A stretch of DNA of 64,000 nucleotides from Antedon mediterranea. Its lineage: Eukaryota; Animalia; Echinodermata. This document shows, one piece after another, positions 1-12,377 of the stretch. Within the stretch, counting starts at the first letter, position 1; each line of letters starts with the position of its first letter. Under the pieces are notes generated by a model, which was given only the letters and a program-made list of their open reading frames with translations, was not told the origin of the DNA and did no database searches. Where the stretch lies: NCBI RefSeq assembly GCF_964355755.1, contig NC_092677.1, positions 2,626,101 to 2,690,100 of the forward strand, written 5' to 3'. Position numbers and translations under genes: made by a program.

Positions 1-288
1 GAGTTCTGCAAATTTAGAGTTCTGCAAATTTAGAGTTCTGCAAATTCCTGCAATTTGCCGAAGTTTGCCAACTGGTCTACACTAGCAAACTCTGGAAAAG
101 TTGACAGACTTTGAGTTTGGTAGCTGTGTAGACAAGACCTATTCATTAACGTCTTTTACATCCCACTTTAAACAATGCTTTTCCATTCCATTCCACTGTT
201 TAGATCCTGATTACGGGAACGGGGGTTACCATACATTAATGTTGCAAATCCACAACAAATGACAACATACTTTCTCTTGTTTTTTCAG

Positions 289-920
289 GTTATGGAAGCA
301 TTGTTCCGACGACGAATGCTGGCAAATTGTTGAGCATCGTTTACGCTTTCTTTGGAATTATTCTTCTAGTGACATTTCTCGTCAACATCGGGTCATTCCT
401 CGCCAATCGGCTAACTTCATTTTACAATCGTATTATTCGGAAATCCAAGAGATCCGGGTCTGGTTATGAAAGACAAAACTTCGATGACGATAATTTGTCT
501 GCAGATGATGACAATCTAGGAACCCCAAGACCTGAAGATGCTGCTGCAACCGAGGAGGACGACCCGCAAGTGGTTGACATCAAAATCGAGAATCATGAGG
601 ATATCGAGAATCACGAGGCATCAATTCCATTCTTGGTGATTTTCATTTTCTCTGTAACATTTCTTTTGATTTTCTCAGCTCTAATCTTCGCTCTTGAAGA
701 CTGGTCTTACATCGATTCGATTTACTACTCGTTCATGTCCCTTGCCACTGTTGGATTTGGTGATATAATACCAGAGAAGAACCTCCTTGGTTGTATAATA
801 CTCCTGGCTAACGCTTTCATAGTAGTTTCGACGCTCGTATGTCTCGGACGCGCCAGCGTTATGCGCATACTAATGTCTGCCCAGCGATGCGTGGATAAGA
901 TAATATCTAGATTTGCCTAA
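289..920 (+). CDS. Two-pore-domain (K2P/TWIK-family) potassium channel, terminal coding exon (5' part lies upstream of the window)
   Basis: Acceptor tttttcag at 281-288, then GT TAT GGA = split P1 filter (G)YG-SIVPTTNAGKLLSIVYAFFGI, M2 helix, acidic loop, M3, second pore EDWSYIDSIYYSFMSLATVGFGD, M4, stop TAA at 918-920. Confidence 0.9.
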
Positions 921-2626
921 AAACGTAAATTCCCCGGCTGGGCACGAGAACACACAACCCAATGACGTACGTCACGTGCGGGTGCCAAATAAGGTCAACT
1001 TTTAAATGACCTCAGTACTGTAGTCATAGCAGTAAATGATCGAGCTATACTGTATTTTTTAAACTGATTTTTTCATTTTATATTTACAATAGTGTAGATT
1101 TGTTGAAAGAGAATGCTATGTATTTATCTTTCAGCTTATGAAATATTCTCCACCATCCAACTAATAAACATTCATTATTTGTATATTAAAATATACATTA
1201 ATATTCATTTTTTGTGATTTGTATACAAATAAACTATAAACTTTGTAATATATGAATATGCATACTATTACTGTAGTGAATTATTTTTGTTCGTAAAAAT
1301 ATAAAATTTATCAATTTTGGTATAATAATAACTCATGTCATGTAATGTCTGAAATCATGTGTACATTTTGTCTTCAAAATATGAATAACTAGACTTTACT
1401 CTAATAAAATATTTCATAGTATTAACAAACTACAACATATAATATTTATCAATTTATATTGTTAATAATTATAAAATATTTCATTTAATCTTTGTACCTC
1501 ACAAATTACTATATAACAACATTATAAATTTAATATCTACATATTTTGTATCATATTGCAGTCACCTGCATTATGCAAATTTGTATTTAATGCAACTGGT
1601 TCAACCATGTTCAACTTTTCCGGAGATGAATCGTATACGCGTACCAAAGAATATTTAGCGCTCGCGTACTAGATCCCCGATAAATTCTAGCGTTTCCATA
1701 GAATCGCTACGCTCTGTCGTGTAGCGTTTTTTTGGAAACCAGGCTTTACTTAATAAGTTGTAATCACATTACGTGACAAGAAAAACATGAAATACACAAG
1801 ACAATGTAGAGTATATTGAATATCAGAGAGACCAACCAACAACAGTGATGTCGGTACAGGTAGCTGTCAACAAGTTAAGATTTCAAAATTTGTGGATGAA
1901 TAAAGCGATGTCTATGTCTAAGAGAAGGTAGAAGAAAATATCAGTTCTGTGAAAGACTCTGAGGGCGTGTCTCCCTGCCCATCTGTGCCCTGCCCACCTG
2001 CACATTCCATGCAACCACTTCTCATTTCTTTTTCTCCTTTTTAGCCTTTTCTCTCCAATATTGTTCTGCATAAAAAAAATGGTGATCAAAACTTTTAAGA
2101 TTATTATTTTTCAAGAGAGAAACAATCAAGAAAATACTTTTCTAGGTTACATAACTCTCATAACTAACTAACTGAGCTACTTACAAAGCGACTTAAATCA
2201 CTATAATTTCAATTTCGTAGGTTTCTTGACTTAAACCTTGGTGGCCTAGCAGTATCTAATAAAGTATGGAATGAGTTGATATCTTTTAAAACAATAGCAT
2301 GAAAGGAAGCCTATATAAACTAGTGCAGTGTAACACTTTAATGGTGAAATTAGTCGGGGCTATCCGATCCAAACTTACAATAGAGGGAGCTCTTGATTTG
2401 CGACAAATTAGGTCCCAGGATTTATGATAATGTACATTATGAATTACGATATATATTTCTGGCAATCTTTGACCTAACTGTACACCACAAAATAATATTC
2501 ATATGTCTGTGATAACAGGATCAAGGTTGAACACATTTCTTTTATGTTTTAAAATCGAAAGCTGCCTATATTGTGAACATAGAAAGGATCCAATAGCAAT
2601 TTAGTGTTTATTTTCATTGTTTTTAT

Positions 2627-5600
2627 TTAAGAAAATTGAATAGCAAGATGATACATACTGCTTTTCCACTGTTCACAAATGAACTCATCACCATCATGGA
2701 CAAAAGAGTACAAGAACTTCTTTGGGTTCATGACAGGAATTGCGCCGTGTGCGATTACAGGATCTTTATGTAGTATTCTGAATTCATTCAATGGTAGGCC
2801 AACAAATTCTTTTAGTGATTTCTTTAACTCTCCAACGGTCATCTTAACGTTTATCTTTCTCATTTCTTTTCTTCCTTCAAATGTTATCTAAAAGAATTAA
2901 ATACAGTAAACGCTGTGGTGCTGTAGCTTGGTGCCTTCCAAGGTTCAATCATGACCTAATGTCAGGCTTACTTTTATTTGCTTAGTTTGGTGCAATTAAT
3001 ACTTAGATAGAAGATGGTATAGACTAAAATATAAGTAAAATATAAGCTGTAACTCACAATGCATGTGACAATGTTTTTAGGAGATAAGTCCACGTCCACC
3101 AACGGTTTAATATCTTTATGAACCTCATGCAACTCAGAAAATCTGGAAAAAAAGAAATAAATAAAAGTTCATGTTGTAAATATCTGCTTTTTAAAAAAAA
3201 AATCACTGTCTAAACCAGCCACCGTGACAACACCAAATGCTACCACCAACCATTGGAAATTGCAACTTCTAACACAATAATTTACTAAACTATCACACCA
3301 CCATGAATAACCACAGCAACCAACCTTGCAGGTTTATCTTCCCTCGGTAAATAAAACCGCAGAAAAGCTCTCTCGGCTGCTTCCCGTTCGGTCTCGGAAA
3401 CAGAGCTGCCATTTAAAGTCTTGATCATCGGTAGTCTTGCTACAGTGTGTTGTCGTCTGTGACTTTCTGTAAGACCGTCCATCAGAGGAATTCCCTTAAT
3501 TCTTAAGTCACACAGCTTTGGTAGTTTTCTAAGTTTTTCAAGCTCGTTCCAATTATTTAAACATGTTTTACTCATATTCAGACACTTCAGTTCTTGCAAC
3601 AGCATCTCTGGTTTGTCGCCAAAACTGAATATAGGATTCTCAACAATTGTTAGGCTCTGTAAGTTTGGGATCATTTGGCTTAGGGCATGCAGATCTTGCC
3701 AAGTGGAGAGCCCGCTGCTGCTGCAGTGGAGACATTTCAATGAAGGCCACTGACTGGCATCTGGACTGATGTTGCTCTTGTCTGTTAGACTAAAATGAAG
3801 TTCTTCTAAGCTATCGGCAAAAAAAAAAATATTCATTATTTTGAGAAAGATGTTACAAATGCATTTATTCTTAAACTCAAAAGCACCTTTCAATTCAGGC
3901 CGGATGTAGCCACAATAAATAAAGTGGTGCGGTTTTCGCATGAAATGGAAACATATCTCTGTTCAAGCCACTGGGTTGTCAAAAGCCTCTGTGAAAAAAA
4001 AGTGGTCAGGTTGAAACACAGCTACCTACTGTAGCTCTGCAATTGCAAAGTTAAACCGAAATTTTACATTTGTTTAAAAAGGAACACTTACAAAGGAAGA
4101 CATTTCTGTAGTTGTGATATATCTTTCCATGTTGCATCAATATTATTCAATATTAGTGTGTTTACGTTACTAGCTATGACATCACCAGGATCTGGGAATT
4201 CCCCTGACAGTAAGTTCTGGCTAATGTTCAGAAACTCAAGTCTTGGTAAACATTGGGATATTAGTAGAACCTTTAAAAAAAATTTAAAAATCAATTACAG
4301 TGTAAAATATAGTGTAATTTCACTATTTCCAAGTTGTAGTATATTTTTTAAGCATGTTGCTTATGTATAACATTGATAAAATATATACATACTTCATTCC
4401 AGTTTGTCAATTTGTTCCCAGCCACGTCCAACGTCCGCACATTCTGACATAGTTTTCTTAATTCCTCTGACTGACCAATGGAATCAATTCCATAGTGTTG
4501 TAAAGTAACACTCTCGGGTATTTGGCTAAAATAAGCTATATAAGAAATAAATAAATAAACATATAAACTAGATTTAATTCGTCACTATGACGAATTATAG
4601 GTTATATGCATTGATTCAAATAAAGATAATTGATTGATTAAAGATATATTGATTGATTGATTTTCTCAGAATCATTAGTTATTTATAATATGAGAGGATC
4701 TTGCTAACGCAAATACAATAGCCGGTATCATAATCCGATCAAAGATCTTTCTGCGTATATAATGTCATAAACCACATTTGTGTTTTTATTTAGATTTCAT
4801 TATAAATCATGTGTATAATCTATACACTAAGAAATATAATTGAACAACCAATACGGATAATAAAAAAAATCTTATTTCGTTTGGTTTCCCAAGGTGAGAC
4901 TCGAACTCGGTACTTGACTGCTATAGACACGAGCAAAGACCACCGAGCCATACACAACTGACTAAAAGTTATGGAAAAATTCCTCCGTGTATTTAATATG
5001 CAGTAACCACTTTGGTGCAGATAGATTATTACATACCGCAATGAATTATAATGTTTTACTATGATGACATCTTTAAAAATTTAAAAAAATGATGCACTGT
5101 CAAACTATATACTTTTAACTTTAATATATGAACTTCTTAAGGAAGAAAGTTAATGTTAAGTTTGTTATTTTGGCCTAAGAAAATGTTATAATTTGTTTGA
5201 TTGTCGAAATTAATTTTGTTAAATTTAATATGCCATTAATGATGACTTAATCAACTTTTGTTCTTCTAATTTCATAATAAATCATACATATGATACATAC
5301 ACTTCAAGAAAATTAAATAAAAAATAGGTGTTCCCGAGCATTGTAACGATATATATTAATTTTAAAATTTAGCATATTTTCACCATTTTGTTAACTTACA
5401 CGTGCGTAGCCTGTCACTTTTGACGTGCTCGTATAACGCTGTTTCGCGTTGAAAAGTGAATAAAATATGATGATATTATTAAAGAAAGGTTATACAACAG
5501 TAATCGGACAAAAACAGTGCGCATTAACGTTTGACGCGCAGTGCGCGTGCAATAATCTGCGCACTCATGGCAATTTTTTAAACGCTTAAAATTGCCTGAA

Positions 5601-8600
5601 ACGTACTCTAATTTCATCGAAAATAAATTCTGACAATTTTCAACATTTTAAGCGCGCGTACGCATGCGTTATATGCGCTACGCACGTAATTGTATTGCCA
5701 TATGATGAAATATGACCTGAAATTTATGAGTACCAAATTTTGTTTAATTGTGATTCATGCTTGTGAAGATATGATTACAAACGTGATTTCGTTAAATCGC
5801 ACGTAGACCGCGTAATTTTTGATTGCGCATCGTGAAAACATAACCACATCGATTCCTGGCCATAAGGAATATACTCTGAAAAATTGACTTAGTTAGATGA
5901 AACTGATATCAAGATAATTGACGGACAAATAGTGCTAAGGAAAGAATAAATAAATAAATAAATAAAGAAATAAATAAAGATTCTGACAGAATCAAGAGGT
6001 TATATGCATGAATGCATGCATATAACCTAATAAATTTGAAAAGATTGATATTTATTTTGATGAAAAAAAAAATTACTTATTTCAATACAATAGAAAGAAA
6101 TATATTTAAAAACGATAATGTCTGTGAAGTTGGTTACTAGTTCCTAGTTCCTAGTTCCTTATTCAAATTAAATTAAAGGGACAGTCACAAATATTTTTAA
6201 AAACAGATTTCAATACGTAATAACTGTCTAATTGAGTTGTTATTGCATCGACATGTTAGTCTTGACCTCCTCTACTTCTTCCGGTCAAAGCTCAATAACA
6301 TTTTATGCATTTACGCCCTCTACGGCGAATAAGTAACTAGCTTTTACGAACGTTATAACACTTGACCTACTTAATTTTTTCAAAATATTTTGGTATGGAT
6401 CGATCACCCTTGACTTACTCTATCGTTTTCTACCCCAGTTCCGCGAACTTTTTTGCGTCTACGCCCTCAACGGCGAATAAGTAACTGGCTTTTTACGAAC
6501 GTTATAACACTTGACCTACTTAATTTTTTCAAAATATTTTGGTATGAATCGATCACCCTTGACCTACCCTACCATTTGCCACCCCAGTTCCGGGAACTTT
6601 TTTGCGTCTACGCCCTCTACGGCGAATAAGTAACTGGCTTTCACGAACGTTATAACACTTGACCTACTTAATTTTTCCAAAATATTTTGGTATGACTCGA
6701 TCACCCTTGACCTACTCTACCATTTGCCACCCCAGTTCCGCGAACTTTTTTGCATCTACGCCCTCTACGGCGAATAAGTAACTGGCTTTACGAACGTTAT
6801 AACACTTGACCTACTTAATTTTTTCAAAATATTTTGGTATGAATCGATGACCCTTGACCTACTTTACCATTTGCCATCCCAGTTCCGCGAACCTTTTTGC
6901 GTCTACGCCCTCTACGGCGAATAAGTAACTGGCTTTACGAACGTTATAACACTTGATCTACTTAATTTTTTCAAAATATTTTGGTATGAATCGATCACTC
7001 TTGACCTACTCTACCATTTGCCACCCCAGTTCCACGAACTTTTTTGCGTCTACGCCCTCTACAGCGAATAAGTAACTGGCTTTTACGAACGTTATAACAC
7101 TTGACCTACTTAATTTTTTCAAAATATTTTGGTATGAATCGGTCACCCTTGACCTACTCTACCATTTGCCACCCCAGTTCCACGAACTTTTTTGCGTCTA
7201 CGCCCTCTACAGCGAATAAGGCCCTGTTCAGACCCATGGCGTTAGACCGTTTTAGCGTACGACGCTAAAAGAATGTGTGTCTGAACAGTTGGGGATTAGC
7301 GTACAACGCGTCGTACAACGGTTGTAGCGTTGTAGTGGAAAACGGTTGATAGTACCGTTTTAGCGTACGACGCTACTGTAAGTCAACGTTGTATCCAATC
7401 AGAACGTTTCCTGTTATGACGCGAAACAAGGTTTGACCTAGGCTGACATCTTGTATCGTCAATGTGTGAGATGGATTTCAATAACAAAAAGGCCAGAATA
7501 AATAAGGCCTAACTACACTACAAATACAACTGTTACAAAGGCTACAAACTATTATCAACTGATTACCATTATATTTTCTAACAAATGACATAAATACATG
7601 CACCTTGTATTTAAACATAGGGACTACGATCCCATCCGCTTTTAGGCCTAGCTAGGCCTAGAGCCATTCACGCATTTCATTAAAGCTAAAAACTAGCGTG
7701 GGACATCAAGTCACTCATTCATACAAGGCAGACTAGACTGGACAAGTTTAATGCTGAAAACCCCCTAACTCCTAAAAAAATCAGTAAACAAACAAGGGGA
7801 GCTGTGTCCCTTTTATTAGCAAGTTAAGGGATATTTTCTACCGACTGGACCAAATAATATATATCTTTGACTGGACTGGATAGACTAATCACAATCATTT
7901 TTTTCTTCATCATTACGAGGCCTGCTTTATTTTCGTAACACAAGAGCCTGGGGAAAATGTTTTTTACTACAAAATAAAAACAATAGAAACAGAAATTTGG
8001 CTTTACTATATTTTTCTTAAATAAATGCTGAGGTATGTTTTATTTACGGCAAATTTTGTCATAATTGTAGGGCTGAGATCTAGGCCTATATACAGTGGAA
8101 ATAATGATGAAAACACGTGGGTAAGAGCACATGAATATGCAACTAGAAACAACCTGGATGACGTACTTCCGTTGTAACGATAATCGTACGCTATGGGTCT
8201 GAACACCTCGTTTTTTTCTCTGCGGTTTGTAACGTGACCTTGATAGTAACGTTGTACGCTAAAACGGTCTAACGCCATGGGTCTGAACAGGGCCTAAGTA
8301 ACTGGCTTTTACGAACGTTATAACACTTGACCTACTTAATTTTTCCAAAATATTTTGGTATGAATCGATCACCCTTGACCTATCGTAACTATTATCACTC
8401 AATGAATAGTGTGCGCTTTTTAATTGTTAATATTAACGGTAACAGTATTAATGAATATGTTAATTTTGCTGTTATAAGGTAGTGTAAACTGTTTTTAAGT
8501 AACAGTTGCTGTAATGACATTTTAAAAAAACATTAGTTCAGCTTTGTTTTTTTTGTTCGCTTATAGATGGGTACTGTAAGATGATGTCATTGTATGTGGG

Positions 8601-11600
8601 TGATTTTTTTAAACATTCTAGGTCTACAGTGGTAAAATATTTAGTAATTTATAGATTTTATAATGAAAGACATTTATGCCGTAAACCATATGCGTAAGAA
8701 CACCATTTAAACAACTTAATGTGATGCAACATTTAAATACAATTATCTTCCTACATCATAACATGAGAAACAAAATGCAATGGGAAAAAAATTGCTTTTG
8801 ACAGTTTTGAAAGAAATTATTGTATAATGTTATATAAGTTATGAAAGAGTAATAATAGGCATATTTAAATTGTTAAATAACAAATTATTTCAGCTACTTA
8901 CAATTCAACATTACATTCGTTACATTACAATTATTGTATTGTTTTTAAAACAACTTTCATCATCCAGGGAAGAATGTGCGCTCTTTAATTTAATAAAGGA
9001 TTAATTAGATGTTTTACCCTACTCTGACGTAATTTGTACTTTATACTAAGTACATTTGAGAATACTTGCGAAAAAAATCGCAAGTAGTTCTCGGGTGGGA
9101 CTCGAACCCACAACCTCCAGATCACTAGCCTGGCGTCTAGACCACCGAGCTCGGTGGTCATCTAGAGGTATGAACGCCAAGTGTAAACTGTTTTTAAGTA
9201 GCAGTTGCTGTAATGACATTTATAAAAAACGTCAGTTCAGACTTGGTTTGTATGTGTGCTTTTATAGAATGGGTAAGTAAGCACGTTTAAAAAGATATTA
9301 CATTTGATCGATTGCAACTGTTGTAATTAACGAGAAAAAAAAGCCCGGCATAACATTTAATGAAGTGGGGCGGTATTGAATAACTATGCAGTATGTCGTC
9401 ACATGTTGACGTAAGAAGTTATTTATTAGTTCTAGTTTATTTACTACGATAGAGCCTACTTTAAATGCTGTTTTAATTTCAGGTAGTCATGTTGTACTTG
9501 TGTTGAAAAGTTGTAATGAATAAAACGGAATAATAACTTGTGGTTACCGTTCATAACCAAACTGTTGTATTTGTGTTTGCTTCAGAAATTATCTTTTAAA
9601 ATTGCATGTTGTAACAAGTCAAAACAAAACCAAAATTAATTCGCCATAAAAGGACATAGGTACAAGTTCGCGGAACTAGTTTGGCAAATGGTAAAGTAGT
9701 CAAGGGTCATCTACCCATAACAAATTACTTATTCGCCGTATGCAAAAACTATTTTGAAAAAATTAAGTTGGTAAAGTGTAAAACGTTCGTAAAAGCTAGT
9801 TACTTATTCGCCGTAGAGGGCGTAGATGCAAAGAAAATCGCGGAACTGGGGTGACAAATGGTAGTGTAGGTCAAGGGTGATCGATTCATACCAAAATATT
9901 TTGGAAAAATTAAGTAGGTCAAGTGTTATAACGTTCGTAAAAGCCAGTTACTTATTCGCCGTAGAGGGCGTAGACGCAAAAAAGTTCGTGGAACTGGGGT
10001 GGCAAATGGTAGAGTAGGTCAAGAGTGATCGATTCATACCAAAATATTTTGAAAAAATTAAGTAGATCAAGTGTTATAACGTTCGTAAAGCCAATTACTT
10101 ATTCGCCGTAGAGGGCGTAGACGCAAAAAGGTTCGCGGAACTGGGATGGCAAATTGTAAAGTAGGTCAAGGGTGATCGATTCATACCAAAATATTTTGAA
10201 AAAATTAAGTAGGTCAAGTGTTATAACGTTCGAAAAGCCAGTTACTTATTCGCCGTGGAGGGCGTAGATGCAAAAAAGTTCGCGGAACTGGGGTGGCAAA
10301 TAGTAAAGTAGGTCAAGGGTGATCGATCCATACCAAAACATTTTGAAAAAATTAAGTAGGTCAAGTGTTATAACGTTCGTAAAAGCCAGTTACTTATTCG
10401 CCGTAGAGGGCGTAGATGCAAAAAAGTTCGCGGAACTGGGGTGGCAAATGATAGAGTAGGTGAAGGGTGATCGATTCATACCAAAATATTTTGAAAAAAA
10501 TTAAGTAGGTCAAGTGTTATAACGTTCGTAAAAGCCAGTTACTTATTCGCCGTAGAGGGCGAAGATGCAAAAAAGTTCCCGAAACTGGGGTGGCAAATGG
10601 TAAAGTAGGTCAAGGGTGATCGATCCATACCAAAATATTTTGAAAAAATTAAGTAGGTCAAGTGTTATAACGTTCGTAAAGCCAGTTACTTATTCGCCGT
10701 AGAGGGCGTAGACGCAAAAAAGTTCGCGGAACTGAAGTGGCAAATGGTAGAGTAGGTCAAGGGTGACCGATTCATACCAAAATATTTTGAAAAAATTAAG
10801 CAGGTCAAGTGTTATAACGTTCGTAAAGCCAGTTACTTATTCGCCGTAGAGGGCGTAGATGCAAAAAAGTTTGTGGAACTGGGGTGGAAAATGGTAAAGT
10901 AGGTCAAGGGTGATCGATCCATACCAAAACATTTTGAAACAATTAAGTAGGTCAAGTGTTATAACATTCGTAAAAGCCAGTTACTTATTCGCCGTAGAGG
11001 GCGTAGATGCAAAAAAGTTCGCGGAACTGGGGTGGCAAATGATAGAGTAGGTCAAGGGTGATCAATCCATACCAAAATATTTTGAAAAAATTAAGTAGGT
11101 CAAGTGTTATAACGTTCGTAAAAGCCAGTTACTTATTCGCCGTAGAGGGCGTAAATGCATAAAATGTTATTAAACTTTGACCGGAAGAAGTAGAGGAGGT
11201 CAAGGCTAACATGTTGGTGCAATAACAACTCAATTAGACAGTTATTACGTATTAAAATCTGTTTTTTAAAAAATATTTGTGACTGTCCCTTTAATTGAAT
11301 TTGAATAAGGAACTAGGAACTAGGAACTAGTAACCAACTTCACAGACATAAAACGATAGACAGTAATACTTAAGCAAGTTGATTCCTAATAGGACGCAAG
11401 CAATGACGTAAGCAAGTGTTTTGACCAATCACAAGCGATGGAGTATCCAAACTCATGTCGCTTGTCAGTGGTCAATATACTTGTATATTAACCTAGTACC
11501 TTTTGCTTTACTAATGTCTGTGTCTCCAAATTTAATATTAGTTGTCAAGTCTTCCTCGCTGATGCTATACTTATCGTTGATGGCTGCCAATAATGACATC

Positions 11601-11611
11601 GATTTCTCCAT
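2627..11611 (-). CDS. TBCEL: Tubulin-specific chaperone cofactor E-like protein (LRR + C-terminal ubiquitin-like domain), 421 aa
   Basis: Exons 11500-11611, 4393-4535, 4092-4270, 3325-3810, 3058-3142, 2627-2887, all GT-AG and phase-consistent (1266 nt). LRRs (VRTLDVAGNKLTNWNE, LEFLNISQNLL), LRRcap VARLPMIKTLNGSSVSETEREAAERAFLRFY, UBL tail MTVGELKKSL...VHDGDEF. No CAP-Gly domain, so TBCEL rather than TBCE. Confidence 0.92.
4568..6030 (-). mobile_element. Non-autonomous Helentron-associated (DINE-1/HINE-like) element in TBCEL intron 1
   Basis: Subterminal IR AGGTTATATGCAT at 4599-4611 vs ATGCATATAACCT at 6016-6028; extra internal copy at 5997-6009; (TAAA)n microsatellite ~5940-5980; stem-loop AATTCGTCA-cta-TGACGAATT at 4576-4596 next to terminal CTAG at 4568-4571; A/T-run flanks and no TSD. 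Confidence 0.75.
6311..8385 (+). repeat. Left-arm tandem array of the 147-149-bp unit (~7 copies, interrupted at 7220-8294)
   Basis: CGTTATAACAC recurs at 6351, 6500, 6648, 6795, 6942, 7090, and the array resumes in register after the insertion at 8295. Confidence 0.95.
7220..8294. mobile_element. Non-autonomous PIF/Harbinger-type element nested in the foldback left arm
   Basis: ~41-bp perfect TIR GGCCCTGTTCAGACCCATGGCGTTAGACCGTTTTAGCGTAC; TAA TSD at 7217-7219 and 8295-8297 splitting the host repeat GAATAA|GTAACTGG; no transposase ORF. Confidence 0.92.
9087..9160 (-). pseudogene. tRNA-Thr(AGT)-like pseudogene / SINE head in the foldback loop
   Basis: Minus strand: A-box-like AGCTCGGTGG, anticodon stem CCAGG-CTAGTGA-TCTGG, perfect T-arm GTGGG-TTCGAGT-CCCAC. 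The 5' acceptor strand is replaced by the palindrome GACCACCGAGCTCGGTGGTC, so it cannot form a full cloverleaf. Confidence 0.6.
9650..11155 (-). repeat. Right-arm tandem array of the same ~148-bp unit, inverted (~10 copies, innermost degenerate)
   Basis: Repeated GTGTTATAACGTTCGTAAA...TTATTCGCCGTAGAGGGCGTAG, the reverse complement of the left-arm unit. Confidence 0.95.
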
Positions 11612-12377
11612 CTAACAATAAAAACAGTTTAAATTAAAATATAACAGTAACACTGAAAGAATAAATTTAGTTCAATCAACTGGTACTGCCAAAGTCCTCC
11701 AAAATAACACACAGTAAAATCAGTAGCCCAAAATCTTAATCCACCAGCTCACTAATATCATGGAGTAAAGAATAAATTCGAATCCCCAGGGACCAGGTTT
11801 TGCGATCCTGGTCACAGCGGTGTCAGTAGGTAACGGTTAGGCTTGACTACCTACTACTATTCCCATTACTGTACTTTGTATGTATAGCCAGAGCCTGGCT
11901 AAACTGTAGCCTACTAGCTAGTATTTTGTAGAGCAGAGGGAGGCCTAGCAAATTTAATTTACTTTACATGTTTTTAAACTATTATTGCATTAAAATTAAT
12001 CTTACTTAAACTTACTTTTGCTTGAAAAACTGTTTTGATGTTGTGTACCAGCCCTCCTGACCACCTTGGAATGTAAACATTACATCATATCTATTTTTAA
12101 CAATTTGCTCATAGCAATAAAGAGGGCGGCAAACACGTTATAGCGTTTATCATGCAAGTTTTCAGTTGTTTTTAACACGTTAAAATAAAACACATTGAGT
12201 AATTATTTCTTCAATTCAATAGTGTAGAGCAGTACGATGTACTTTATAACACATGATTTATTTCTGTAAAATGATATATTATTTTATGCCTTTAGTGGAG
12301 AAAATTGAAGATGTGTCAAATTATCTGATCCATATTCAAACTTTCTACCAATCAACAACTTACATCTGATGACATCA

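Larger units (their letters stand above)
6118..11349. mobile_element. Large non-autonomous foldback DNA transposon with modular TIRs, in TBCEL intron 1
   Basis: Termini ATGTCTGTGAAGTTGGTTACTAGTTCC... / ...GGAACTAGTAACCAACTTCACAGACAT are inverted; exact 9-bp TSD AAAACGATA at 6109-6117 and 11350-11358; arms are ~190 bp of unique IR followed by inverted arrays of a 147-149-bp unit; AT-rich loop ~8390-9650 with no transposase ORF. Confidence 0.92.

Noticed and set aside
1-140. 16-bp repeats and a GTGTAGAC-containing end resembling a Harbinger MITE
   Set aside because: Cut by the window edge, so the other terminus and TSD cannot be verified.
9087-9160. Functional tRNA-Thr gene
   Set aside because: The acceptor stem cannot form; kept only as a pseudogene/SINE head.
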